A stretch of 64,000 bases of DNA from Planctomyces sp. SH-PL14 (GTDB taxonomy: Bacteria > Planctomycetota > Planctomycetia > Planctomycetales > Planctomycetaceae). The stretch spans positions 7,871,256-7,935,255 of the forward strand of contig NZ_CP011270.1 of assembly GCF_001610835.1 (NCBI RefSeq), given 5' to 3'. The position numbers were made by a program, and so were the translations under genes. The stretch's first letter is position 1. Each line of letters begins with the position of its first letter. Below the pieces are notes generated by a model. It saw only the letters and a program-made list of their open reading frames with translations, did no database searches and had not been told where the DNA came from. Positions 1-8,839 of this stretch are shown here, piece by piece.

Positions 1-812
1 AGGCGGGGGTCGTCACCGACTTCCGGCTCGCCGAGGCGATGATCGGATACTTTCTACGGAAATCCGGGGCCCGAACTCGCCTCCGCCCCCAGGTGGCGAT
101 TGCCGTCCCCTCCGGACTGACTCCAGTCGAGTCCCGGGCGGTGATGACGAGCGCCGAGCGGAGCGGTGCCGGACGGGTCTTTCTGATCGAACACGCGGTC
201 GCAGCCAGCATTGGTGCCGGGCTGCCGATCACCGAACCGCTTGCCAATCTCGTCTGCTCGATCGGCGGGGGAACCACGGAAATCGCGGTCCTCTCGCTCG
301 GTGAGGTGATTGCCAGCCGCTCCCTCCGGATTGCCGGGGACGAGTTCGACGAGGCGATCTCCGAATTCGTCCGGCTCAACTACTCGATGCGGATCGGCAG
401 GACGACCGCCGAACAGCTCAAGCAGGACGTTGGCAGCGCAACCCCATTGCCCGATGAGATTTCCGCGGAGGTCCGCGGTCTCGATACGGTGAGCGGCATT
501 CCCCGCAAGGCGGCGATCACCAGCGAGGAGATCCGTCAGGCGCTGGCCGATCCGCTGGCGCGGATCATCAATGGAATCCGGAGCGTCATCGAACGCTGCG
601 ACGCCGAGCTCGTCGGGGACCTGACCGAGACCGGCATGCTTCTCACCGGAGGCTCGGCGCAGCTGCGGGGCCTCCCGGCGTTTCTCGAGGCCCAGCTGGG
701 AATTCCCGTGCGGATCGACCTGGCGCCGACGACGACGGTCATCCGCGGGACGAGCCTCTGCCTGGACCATCTCCCCCAATGGCGGAGCCGCTTCCTCCGG
801 TCGCGCGACTGA
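1..812 (+). CDS. mreB: Rod-shape determining protein MreB (5'-truncated by window start; reading frame 3)
   Basis: Translation GGVVTDFRLAEAMIGYF...GGGTTEIAVLSLGEVIASRSLRIAGDEFDEAI...LTGGSAQLRGL matches the actin-like MreB C-terminal half. The ORF is open to position 1. Confidence 0.85.
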   Translation, partial: AGVVTDFRLAEAMIGYFLRKSGARTRLRPQVAIAVPSGLTPVESRAVMTSAERSGAGRVFLIEHAVAASIGAGLPITEPLANLVCSIGGGTTEIAVLSLGEVIASRSLRIAGDEFDEAISEFVRLNYSMRIGRTTAEQLKQDVGSATPLPDEISAEVRGLDTVSGIPRKAAITSEEIRQALADPLARIINGIRSVIERCDAELVGDLTETGMLLTGGSAQLRGLPAFLEAQLGIPVRIDLAPTTTVIRGTSLCLDHLPQWRSRFLRSRD

Positions 813-966
813 GGCCCCCGGATTCCAAAGGGAACCTTAAGGATTGTGCCGGCCTCGCGGACCTGTGGCTGATCGGAAAGCGAATCGCCGTCGCTTCTTG
901 CCTTCTTCACATTGCCGGGTGCTTGAAGGGGTTCACCCGCTCTCGTAGAGTAGGACTCGCGTCTTG

Positions 967-1010
967 ACACGGTCGGGCTCCGTCTGACCGCGGGGATTTT
1001 CGTTTTCTCT
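967..1010 (+). terminator. Possible intrinsic terminator after mreB (stem CGGTC/GACCG 970-990, then GGGGATTTTCGTTTTCTCTTT)
   Basis: 5-bp GC stem with an 11-nt loop followed by a T-rich tract. The hairpin is weak. Confidence 0.3.
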
Positions 1011-1103
1011 TTAATAACCCCTGCTCGAGCGCAACGTATTAGTCCTGTGTGATTTCATACCCGCGATTTCCATTGTTCAGTCGCGGCCCGTGACGAGGGG
1101 TGT

Positions 1104-1994
1104 ATGCAAGCAGACTCCGTGATTGAGATTCGCAACCTGACGAAGGTCTACCTCGACTTCTGGGGGCGAAAGAAGGTTCGGGCGGTCAACTCCCTCTCGC
1201 TGGACGTGAAAAAAGGGGAGATCTTCGGTCTCCTCGGTCCGAACGGCTCGGGCAAGACGACCACGATCAAGATGCTCCTGGGGCTGCTGTTCCCCACGGA
1301 AGGGGACCTGACGGTCCTCGGCAAGCCGGCCCACGACGTCTCGAAGAACGAGCGGCTCGGCTACCTGCCGGAAGAGTCCTACCTCTACCGGTTCCTGAAC
1401 GCGGACGAGACCCTCGAGTTCTACGGCCGCCTGTTCAACATGTCCGCCAAGCAGCGCAAGGAGCGCCGGGACCAGCTGATCGAGATGGTGGGGCTGCAGC
1501 ACGCCCGCCGCCGCCAGCTCAAGGAATACTCCAAGGGGATGACCCGCCGGATCGGTCTGGCGCAGGCCCTCATCAACGACCCCGAGCTGATTCTCCTCGA
1601 CGAACCGACCAGCGGTCTCGACCCGCTCGGAACGCGGGACATGAAGGAGCTGATCCTCAAGCTGAAGGCCGAAGGGAAGACGGTTGTCATGTCGAGCCAC
1701 CTCTTGGCGGACGTTCAGGACGTGTGCGACCGGATCGCGATCCTCTATCAGGGCGAGCTCAAGGTCCTGGGGACCGTCAAGGAACTCCTGGAGTCCCGCG
1801 AGGAGTCCCAGGTCCTGACCTCGAAGCTCAGCGACGACGCCATCCGCGAAGTCGAGGCGGTGCTCAAGAAGCACGGAGCCTCCGTCCGCAGCGTCTCTCA
1901 TCCGACCGCCACGCTCGAGGACCTGTTCCTCAAGACGGTCGAGGAAAGCAAGGCCCACCCGGGCCGTCGTTTCACGCCCGACACCAAGGGCTGA
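1104..1994 (+). CDS. ABC transporter ATP-binding protein (ABC-2 type)
   Basis: Walker [13 protein letters not shown] signature LSGGM-like, Walker [12 protein letters not shown]. 296 aa. Confidence 0.9.
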   Translation: MQADSVIEIRNLTKVYLDFWGRKKVRAVNSLSLDVKKGEIFGLLGPNGSGKTTTIKMLLGLLFPTEGDLTVLGKPAHDVSKNERLGYLPEESYLYRFLNADETLEFYGRLFNMSAKQRKERRDQLIEMVGLQHARRRQLKEYSKGMTRRIGLAQALINDPELILLDEPTSGLDPLGTRDMKELILKLKAEGKTVVMSSHLLADVQDVCDRIAILYQGELKVLGTVKELLESREESQVLTSKLSDDAIREVEAVLKKHGASVRSVSHPTATLEDLFLKTVEESKAHPGRRFTPDTKG

Positions 1995-2036
1995 TCCGCA
2001 GGCAATTGTCGAAACGATCGGACACCCGGGTGACCC

Positions 2037-3674
2037 ATGGAATTCATCAAAGACTTTGATATCAAGCAGGCCCTGCTGCATTGGGCCATTGTGGCGGCGA
2101 TCCTGGTCGTTCTCGGGGCGCTGCTTGGACTCGTCGGGGCGGTCACGTCGGCCGGGATCGGCCGGGGGCTCAAGGCCTTCGGTCAGATGCTGGGGATTGG
2201 CCTCAACGAGATTTTCGTGATCGTCCCCCGCCGCATCCTGGCGGTGACGATCCTGACCGTGAAGGAGTCGATCCGCCGCAAGGCCCTCATGGTCGGCGGC
2301 GTGTTCCTCCTCCTGTTCATGTTCGCGGGCTGGTTCCTGCGGTCGTCCGCCAACGACACCCCGGCCAAGCCGTACGTGACGTTCGTCTTCACGACGACCA
2401 AGTTCGTCCTGTTCCCGATGACGCTGATCCTGGCGTGCTGGGGGCTGCCGGCGGACATCAAGGACCGGTCGATCCACACCGTCGTGACCAAGCCGGTCAA
2501 GCGGAGCGAGATCGTCCTGGGACGCATGCTCGGGTACAGCTTCCTGGTGACGATCCTGGTGGCGCTCGTCGGAGGCATCGGATATGTCTGGCTCGTCAGA
2601 CAGGTGCCCGAGTCATCCAAAGAGCAGCTCATCGCGCGCGTCCCGGTCTTCGGTACCGTCCGGTACCTCGACCGCCAGGGAAATCCCGGCAATCTCGTGA
2701 ACGTCGGGGACACCTGGGACTACCGCAGCTTCATGGAAGGGGCGACCAATGCCCGCGCGATCTGGACGTTCTCCGGACTCTCCGAAGCGGACCTCCACGA
2801 CGACGGGGCGCTCTGGATGGAGCAGAAGTTCGAAGCGTTCCGGACCTACAAGGGAGTCATCGACGAGCAGATCCGCTTCTCGGTCGAGTTCGTCAACGAG
2901 GCGAAGAAGCTCGTCGTTCCGTGGGACGTCTTCCCGGTCTACGAGTTCTCGGCCTCCCCGACACTCCCGTTGATGAAAGTCCCCCGCGAGCTGCGATATC
3001 GCCCGCTCGATGACGCAGACGGCGAGGAGAAGACGGTCGACCTCATCAACGACCTCCTCGACAACGGCAAGCTGACGGTCCGCATCGGCTGTATCGACGC
3101 CCAGCAGTACATCGGGGTCGCCCAGCGGGACATGTTCCTGCGGATGCCCGACCGTCCGTTCTTCCTCTCCTACCTCAAGGGGATGATGGGGCTGTGGCTG
3201 ATGCTGCTCATGATCGTGGTGATCGGCACGACGGGGAGCACGTTCCTCAAGGGACCGGTCTGCACCATGATGACCCTGGGGCTTGCCGTGATCGGGGTCA
3301 GCGGACTCCGCGAGTTCATGACCGAGCAGCTCCAGCAGTTCACCCAGAACAAGGGATACGTCGTCGGCGGGGGCTCGCTCGAGTCGCTCTACCGCACCGT
3401 GACCTGGATGAACCAGCAGTCCCCGTTGCCGGACAACTGGGGGACCCGGATGATCAAGACGATCGACCTGGGGATCTTCCGCGTCCTGGAACTCCTCCAG
3501 GGGGTGCTCCCGAACCTCAACGGGTTCGACACGCAGGCCTATGTCGCCAACGGGTTTGATGTCCCGTTCGCCAATGCGGTGCTGCCGAGCATCCTGACGC
3601 TGATCGGCTACCTGATCCCCTGTTACATCCTCGGCTACTTCGCCCTGCGTGTTCGCGAACTGGAGGCCAAATGA
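2037..3674 (+). CDS. Large ABC-2-type permease-like integral membrane protein (periplasmic domain between TM blocks)
   Basis: 545 aa with multiple hydrophobic segments at the N- and C-termini. It lies immediately downstream of the ATPase, and its stop overlaps the next start (ATGA at 3671-3674). Confidence 0.6.
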   Translation: MEFIKDFDIKQALLHWAIVAAILVVLGALLGLVGAVTSAGIGRGLKAFGQMLGIGLNEIFVIVPRRILAVTILTVKESIRRKALMVGGVFLLLFMFAGWFLRSSANDTPAKPYVTFVFTTTKFVLFPMTLILACWGLPADIKDRSIHTVVTKPVKRSEIVLGRMLGYSFLVTILVALVGGIGYVWLVRQVPESSKEQLIARVPVFGTVRYLDRQGNPGNLVNVGDTWDYRSFMEGATNARAIWTFSGLSEADLHDDGALWMEQKFEAFRTYKGVIDEQIRFSVEFVNEAKKLVVPWDVFPVYEFSASPTLPLMKVPRELRYRPLDDADGEEKTVDLINDLLDNGKLTVRIGCIDAQQYIGVAQRDMFLRMPDRPFFLSYLKGMMGLWLMLLMIVVIGTTGSTFLKGPVCTMMTLGLAVIGVSGLREFMTEQLQQFTQNKGYVVGGGSLESLYRTVTWMNQQSPLPDNWGTRMIKTIDLGIFRVLELLQGVLPNLNGFDTQAYVANGFDVPFANAVLPSILTLIGYLIPCYILGYFALRVRELEAK

Positions 3675-5032
3675 ACAACCTCAACTCGTTCCAGCGCAAG
3701 ATGGTCTATCTCGTGGGGATCCTGGTCCTCATGGTGCCGATCTTCCTGCTCGGTTCGACCGAGGCGGGCGTCGGGTTCAAGTACGGCCTCGCCCGTCTGC
3801 GGCAGGACTACAAGCTCGGCGAATCGAGCCTCGGCAAGGTCGACCCTGCCAGTTCCACGTTCAACGTGGTCCTGCTGGGCTTCCGCGGCGTCGCCGCGAG
3901 CGTGCTGTGGCAGCAGGCGGAAGAGCAGAAGGCGACGAAGAACTTCGCCGAACTCGCCCAGACCGTCGAGTCGATCTCGCTCCTCCAGCCGCACTTCCAC
4001 AAGGTGTGGCAGTACCAGGCCTGGAACCTCGCTTTCAACGTCTCCGCCGAGTGCGACGACGTGAAGGACCGCTTCCACTGGGTCAAGCAGGGAGCCAAGT
4101 ACCTGCTCCGCGGGATCGCCGCCAACGAGCGGTCGCCGGAGCTCCAGTTCGACATGGGGGAATTCGTCGGCCGGAAGATCGGCCGGTCGGATGAGAAGGA
4201 GTCGTTCCGCAAGTTCTTCCGCGTCGACCCGCGGGAAGACCTGTACGCCGGCAAGGCGGACCCGGACATCAATCCGAACAACGAGGACAACTACCAGCGG
4301 GCCAAGACCTGGTTCCAGCGGTCGAACGACCTGATCGAGGCGGGCGAAGAGCAGCACCGGATGGATACCATCCTGATGCTCGCTTACCCGTACCACTCGA
4401 CCCGGGACTACGCCCAGGCCCGCAAGGACGAAGGGCTGCTCGACGCCGAGACGACCTCCGCCTGGCAGCAGTTCTACACGGAGTGGACCGAAGCGTACGG
4501 CAAGAAGGAGTTCATGAGCCCTGGCGGACTCATTTACTTCGAAGCCGTGACCGACGACCGCGTCCGGGCCCTGTGCGCCAAGGAGGGGGACAAGTACCCC
4601 TTCGAGGACAAGAAGCACTGGGTCGCCCGCTACCAGTCGACCGCGAACTACCGCTTCTGGCGGACCCGCGGCCAGTTCGAAATGCAGCCGACGGTTCAGG
4701 AAGCGACGAAGGCCCTGACGGTCGGCCGGAAGCTCTACTTCAAGCAGGAGCTCTCCGCCTCGCGGGAGAACATCGAGAAGGGGCTTCGGGAAATGAAGCT
4801 CGCGATCGACACCCACGTCGGCCTGACGAACAACGATTCGGTCCTGACGGACGACGACGACCTGGCGGAACTGATCCTCAAGGCGATCCTCGTTTACCAG
4901 CGGGTCCTCGATCTCCAGGAGAAGAAGCCTCTGCCGGACGACTTCCCGCTGCGGGCCGAGTATTGGGATAATCCGAGCTGGTCGCACAAACGGCAGGAGC
5001 TCGAAGACCTGTTCCGCCGACTGAGTTCGTAA
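3671..5032 (+). CDS. Hypothetical membrane-anchored protein (single N-terminal TM), co-transcribed with the ABC transporter
   Basis: 453-aa ORF, 4-nt overlap with the upstream gene, N-terminal TM helix. No recognisable catalytic motif. Confidence 0.55.
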   Translation: MNNLNSFQRKMVYLVGILVLMVPIFLLGSTEAGVGFKYGLARLRQDYKLGESSLGKVDPASSTFNVVLLGFRGVAASVLWQQAEEQKATKNFAELAQTVESISLLQPHFHKVWQYQAWNLAFNVSAECDDVKDRFHWVKQGAKYLLRGIAANERSPELQFDMGEFVGRKIGRSDEKESFRKFFRVDPREDLYAGKADPDINPNNEDNYQRAKTWFQRSNDLIEAGEEQHRMDTILMLAYPYHSTRDYAQARKDEGLLDAETTSAWQQFYTEWTEAYGKKEFMSPGGLIYFEAVTDDRVRALCAKEGDKYPFEDKKHWVARYQSTANYRFWRTRGQFEMQPTVQEATKALTVGRKLYFKQELSASRENIEKGLREMKLAIDTHVGLTNNDSVLTDDDDLAELILKAILVYQRVLDLQEKKPLPDDFPLRAEYWDNPSWSHKRQELEDLFRRLSS

Positions 5033-5177
5033 CGCGGTGCTGTCGGGACGGCCGCAATCGTCCGGTGCTCTCTCTGGAGTGTCGGAACGATGTGTGGCAA
5101 AGGATTTCGGGCGAACTTCGTTCGCCGCCGCGTGTCCCGTGAACGTCCGGCCCGTCCCCGCGGCGGGCTGGCCGTTG

Positions 5178-5206
5178 TTGACAGACTTCCCGAATCGCGC
5201 ATAATT
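5178..5206 (+). promoter_or_regulatory. Sigma70-like promoter TTGACA-N17-ATAATT upstream of Leu-rich leader ORF/leuA
   Basis: TTGACA at 5178-5183, 17-nt spacer, ATAATT at 5201-5206. The leader ATG is at 5213, so the transcript would be nearly leaderless. Confidence 0.35.
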
Positions 5207-5212
5207 CGACTC

Positions 5213-5272
5213 ATGTCCACGATCCTTCTGAGCCTCGGCCTCCTTAGCCTTCCTCCCCAGCGGAGGTCTTAG
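5213..5272 (+). CDS. Putative Leu-rich leader peptide MSTILLSLGLLSLPPQRRS (attenuator candidate for leuA)
   Basis: 19 codons, 6 Leu (3 of them the rare CTT codon in this GC-rich genome). It sits between the promoter-like element and a strong terminator hairpin directly upstream of leuA. Confidence 0.4.
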   Translation: MSTILLSLGLLSLPPQRRS

Positions 5273-5302
5273 GTCGGTGCTCTGATTCTGCGTGTGAATC
5301 CA

Positions 5303-5336
5303 CCCCTGAGACGTCCCGGTCTCAGGGGTTTTTTTG
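5303..5336 (+). terminator. Rho-independent terminator (perfect 10-bp stem CCCCTGAGAC/GTCTCAGGGG, loop GTCCCG, then TTTTTTT)
   Basis: Perfect inverted repeat at 5303-5312 and 5319-5328 followed by a 7-T run at 5329-5336, 59 nt upstream of the leuA start. Confidence 0.65.
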
Positions 5337-5394
5337 TTTCTGGAGGGTGGTTCGGCCCCGGCCTTCCCCCTCCGCCTTCAGCCTCAACCCTGCC

Positions 5395-6966
5395 ATGTCC
5401 GACTTCATCACGATCTTCGACACGACTCTCCGCGACGGCGAGCAGTCTCCCGGCTGCAGCATGGACACCGAGCAGAAGCTCGAAGTGGCGAAGGCGCTTG
5501 TCGAGCTCGGCGTCGACGTGATCGAGGCGGGGTTCCCGATCGCGTCCCCCGGCGACTTCGACGCGGTCCAGAAGATCGCCCGCAAGTATGGCGACCAGTC
5601 GACGATCTGCGGCCTGGCCCGCTGCCGGACCGAGGACATCGACCGCGCCTGGGAGGCCCTGAAAGACGCCCAGAACGTCCGGATCCACATCTTCCTGGCG
5701 ACGAGTCCGATCCATCGGCAGTTCAAGCTCAAAATGGCGGAGGAAGAGATCATCCGGAAGACGGTCGACATGGTCCGCTACACCGCCGACCGGATGAGCG
5801 AGCGGTCCGACATCACCCGGCCGAACGTCGAGTTCTCACCGGAGGATGCCGCCCGGACGGAGCTCGACTTCCTGTGCCGCGTGGTCGAGAGCGCCATCGA
5901 CGCCGGGGCGACCACGGTCAACATCCCGGACACGGTCGGGTACGCGACCCCGAACCACTTCTACAAGGTGATCTCCTACCTCAAGAAGAACGTCCCCAAC
6001 ATCGAACGGGCGGTCCTGAGCACGCATTGCCACAACGACCTGGGGCTGGCGGTCGCCAACAGCCTGGCCGGGGTGGAAGCGGGAGCCCGGCAGATCGAGT
6101 GCACGATCAACGGTCTGGGCGAGCGGGCCGGGAACGCGGCGCTGGAAGAAGTCGTCATGGCGCTCAAGACGCGTCAGGACTACTTCGGCGTCGACACGCG
6201 GATCAACACGCCGAAGCTCTGTCCGATCAGCCGCCTGGTCTCCAGTACGACCGGGATGCGGGTCCAGCGGAACAAGGCGATCGTCGGTCAGAACGCCTTC
6301 GCCCACGAGGCGGGGATCCACCAGCACGGCATGCTCCAGAACCGCACGACCTATGAGATCATGCGGCCGGAGGATGTCGGCTACACGGGCCAGAACATGG
6401 TCCTGGGGAAGCACAGCGGCCGGCATGCGTTCCGCGATCACCTGAAGCGGATCGGTTACGAGCTGACGGACGAAGACTTCCAGCGGGTGTTCGACGACTT
6501 CATCGCGCTGTGCGACCGCAAGAAGGATGTCTATGACGCCGATATCGCGGCGCTCATCGACAAGCAGATTCATCACGGGCCGGAGACCTGGAAGCTGGTG
6601 AGCTTCCACACATTCGGCGGGACCGGGACGATTCCGACGGCCACGGTCGAGCTGCAGCATCTCGACGGGAAGAAGGTGAAGGACGCCGCGCCGGGGGATG
6701 GACCGGTGGACGCTCTGTTCCGTTGTCTGGACCGGATCACGCACATCACGCCGACGCTCGAGGATTACAGCGTGCGGGGGGTCTCATCGGGGACCGATGC
6801 TCTGGGCGAGGTGACGGTCGAGGTGGAGCAGCAGGGGCGGACGTACCATGGCAAGGGGGTCAGTACCGACATCATCGAGGCGAGCGGTCTCGCGTACCTG
6901 CAGGCGCTGAACAAGATCGCGGCCGGTCTTGGTGCGGCGACGATTCATCCTCAGCACGGTGTCTGA
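5395..6966 (+). CDS. leuA: 2-isopropylmalate synthase
   Basis: MSDFITIFDTTLRDGEQSPG...HCHNDLGLAVANSLAGVEAGARQIECTINGLGERAGNAALEEVVMAL, the HMGL-like TIM barrel plus the C-terminal LeuA dimerisation/regulatory domain. Start chosen at ATG 5395 (same frame as the 5347 ORF). Confidence 0.92.
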   Translation: MSDFITIFDTTLRDGEQSPGCSMDTEQKLEVAKALVELGVDVIEAGFPIASPGDFDAVQKIARKYGDQSTICGLARCRTEDIDRAWEALKDAQNVRIHIFLATSPIHRQFKLKMAEEEIIRKTVDMVRYTADRMSERSDITRPNVEFSPEDAARTELDFLCRVVESAIDAGATTVNIPDTVGYATPNHFYKVISYLKKNVPNIERAVLSTHCHNDLGLAVANSLAGVEAGARQIECTINGLGERAGNAALEEVVMALKTRQDYFGVDTRINTPKLCPISRLVSSTTGMRVQRNKAIVGQNAFAHEAGIHQHGMLQNRTTYEIMRPEDVGYTGQNMVLGKHSGRHAFRDHLKRIGYELTDEDFQRVFDDFIALCDRKKDVYDADIAALIDKQIHHGPETWKLVSFHTFGGTGTIPTATVELQHLDGKKVKDAAPGDGPVDALFRCLDRITHITPTLEDYSVRGVSSGTDALGEVTVEVEQQGRTYHGKGVSTDIIEASGLAYLQALNKIAAGLGAATIHPQHGV

Positions 6967-6993
6967 ACCGTTCTTGCCGGGATGGCTCTCTAG

Positions 6994-7090
6994 CTCAAGC
7001 CCAACGTGCGACGGCAGTCGGGGTCAAGGGGGCCCGAGAAAACAACACGGGCCCCCTTTGCCCCCCCCACAAGGGCGCCCCTGGTCTCGG
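6994..7090 (+). repeat. Dispersed GC-rich palindromic repeat, copy A (left terminus fused to right stem-loop module)
   Basis: CCCAACGTGCGACGGCAGTCGGGGTCAAGGGGGCCCGAGAAAACAACACGGGCCCCCTTTGCCCCCCCCACAAGGGCGCCCCTGGTCTCGG shares termini with copies at 10986, 12693, 56893, 58676, 61166 and others. It lies directly after the leuA stop. Confidence 0.7.
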
Positions 7091-7422
7091 TTCAGTCCTT
7101 CCAGCGAGTCGTCGACGAGGGCTCCAAGGAAGAACGCTGGTTTCCGGCGACACTCCTGAACGGCCCGACGACCATCGTCTTCGACAAGGTCCGGCTCAAC
7201 CCCGAGTTGCCGGACAGCACGTTCTCCCCGCCCCTGCCGCCCGGAACGCAGCTCCACACCGGACGAATGGTGCTCGACCCGATCTCCAACCGGATGGTCC
7301 CCGAGGTGATTGTCATCGGGGGTGAGGAAGGGAAACGCGTCCTGTCCAGGCGACAGGCGAAACTCCGGGAAGAGGGAGCCCGGATCGAAAGGGAACGGGC
7401 TCAACCACCGCCGGATCCCTAG
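7006..7422 (+). CDS. Hypothetical protein (ORF start lies inside repeat copy A; possibly a truncated gene remnant)
   Basis: 138-aa ORF with no recognisable motif. Its start overlaps the repeat. Confidence 0.3.
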   Translation: MRRQSGSRGPEKTTRAPFAPPTRAPLVSVQSFQRVVDEGSKEERWFPATLLNGPTTIVFDKVRLNPELPDSTFSPPLPPGTQLHTGRMVLDPISNRMVPEVIVIGGEEGKRVLSRRQAKLREEGARIERERAQPPPDP

Positions 7423-7510
7423 GCAGGAGTGGCCGGCCACCCCGTGGCGGACGCCTTGCCCACTCCGATCGCGAACGCCCCCTGACGCCCTGCCGATTCG
7501 ACGACGGACG

Positions 7511-7828
7511 ATGAGCACCATGAATCCGCTCGACACCCTTTACCTGGAGCATCTTCGCCTCGGCTTCCTGATGCTGAGGCTGGCGGTGGACAGCAACGAT
7601 GCGAGCTGGACCCGAGCCGAGACCGAGCTGCTGCACAACATCCCGAGTCTGATCTGCGAGACCAACCCGCTCCGGCACATCTATTTCTGGGAGGGGGAAA
7701 GAGAGCTGTACATCGACTGGTCGAACACGCGCGACGAGGAAATGCGGGCCAGGATCGATTGCTATTACCTTCCCATCTGGGAGGCAATGCAGCCGCTGAT
7801 CTCCGCGCTGCCCCGTGACGGCGGATGA
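7511..7828 (+). CDS. Hypothetical small protein
   Basis: ORF MSTMNPLDTLYLEHLRLGFLML... ~105 aa, chosen from the internal ATG of the 7310..7828 ORF. No motif recognised. Confidence 0.4.
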   Translation: MSTMNPLDTLYLEHLRLGFLMLRLAVDSNDASWTRAETELLHNIPSLICETNPLRHIYFWEGERELYIDWSNTRDEEMRARIDCYYLPIWEAMQPLISALPRDGG

Positions 7829-7896
7829 GGCTCGCCCGCAGGCACGGCGTTGGCCCTGTGACGAACGACGGGCATCCCCTTGACCGTTCTCCTCGC

Positions 7897-8565
7897 TCAC
7901 TCGTCATCCAGTCCGGCGCGGCGGATGAGCTCTTCGGCCGAGAGGTTGGCTTCGTCGACGGGGGCGTCCAGGGCCCCCTGGGCCTTGTAGTCCTGGGGCT
8001 GGATGGCGGGGAGGGTCGCCAGGAACTCCGGGCCAGCCCCCGTGAGCCACACGACCCGGCCGTAGTACTTCGTCGGCTTGAACCACAGCTTTGAGGAATC
8101 GAACACGCACATCAGCATGAAGACGACGCCCGTCAGGACCGCCGCGAAGGCGATCCAGTTGTAGAGGGCGATGTCCATGAAGCCGAGTTCGCCCGGGGGA
8201 ACGATCACGGCCCCCATCGCCCGCTGGCTGGCGACGAACGCGATCCCCAGGACCGTCATCCCGGCGCCAATCCCGAACAGCCGCAGCCGGCGGCCCTGGT
8301 GCCAGGCGCAGAGCGGAAGGTCCGCTTGAACCGGCCCGGTGTACCTGGCGCCCGTGGCCAGGTCGGACGCGGCCCGCGCGATCGACTGGACGGCGGCCAC
8401 CTCGACGTACCGCTGCCGCTCCCGCGCGAAGGTGAAGTCGACGAGTTCGACCTCATCCTCTTTGTTGCAGATCGCGCATCGCCCCGGACATCTTGTCCCT
8501 TCGCGGATCACCAGGAGCTTGCCGTCCCGATACAGTCCGCTCGTCGAACGCTGTTTCTTCTTCAT
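7897..8565 (-). CDS. Hypothetical membrane protein (CxxC ... C-rich N-terminus, 3 C-terminal TM segments)
   Basis: 222-aa ORF on the minus strand, RCPGRCAICNKEDE zinc-ribbon-like N-terminus and hydrophobic C-terminal half. Confidence 0.5.
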   Translation of the reverse strand: MKKKQRSTSGLYRDGKLLVIREGTRCPGRCAICNKEDEVELVDFTFARERQRYVEVAAVQSIARAASDLATGARYTGPVQADLPLCAWHQGRRLRLFGIGAGMTVLGIAFVASQRAMGAVIVPPGELGFMDIALYNWIAFAAVLTGVVFMLMCVFDSSKLWFKPTKYYGRVVWLTGAGPEFLATLPAIQPQDYKAQGALDAPVDEANLSAEELIRRAGLDDE

Positions 8566-8839
8566 GCTGTCAACGCCCAGGCGCAGATCGTTCCAGCCTC
8601 AACGTACGCACTCGACAACAGCCCTCCCGTCAGCGGGCCCCATTCTGCTCCTGCCTGCGACGCCGGGTCAAGCGCGTCCCGGTCCCGTCGCGCGGCGTGG
8701 AAACTCTCCGCCGCACTCTCCATCATCTTCGACAGCCACGGGCCAACCATCACGTCGGTCGGTCCGGCTGAACTCCTCGCACGACATCCGAGTCGACCGG
8801 GACGCGCTCCTCCGGACGAGCTTCGAAGGGTTTCCGACC

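Noticed and set aside
1077-2477. 466-aa minus-strand ORF overlapping the ABC ATPase gene
   Set aside because: Arg/Glu/Pro-rich low-complexity translation, antisense to a gene with clear Walker motifs. Typical high-GC shadow ORF.
3635-4987. 450-aa minus-strand ORF antisense to 3671..5032
   Set aside because: Leu/Arg/Val-rich with no motif, fully overlapping an operon-coupled gene on the other strand. Judged non-coding.
5090-5272. 60-aa ORF as a real protein gene
   Set aside because: Only the last 19 codons (from ATG 5213) are preceded by a promoter-like element. The upstream part is Arg-rich. Treated as a short leader ORF instead.
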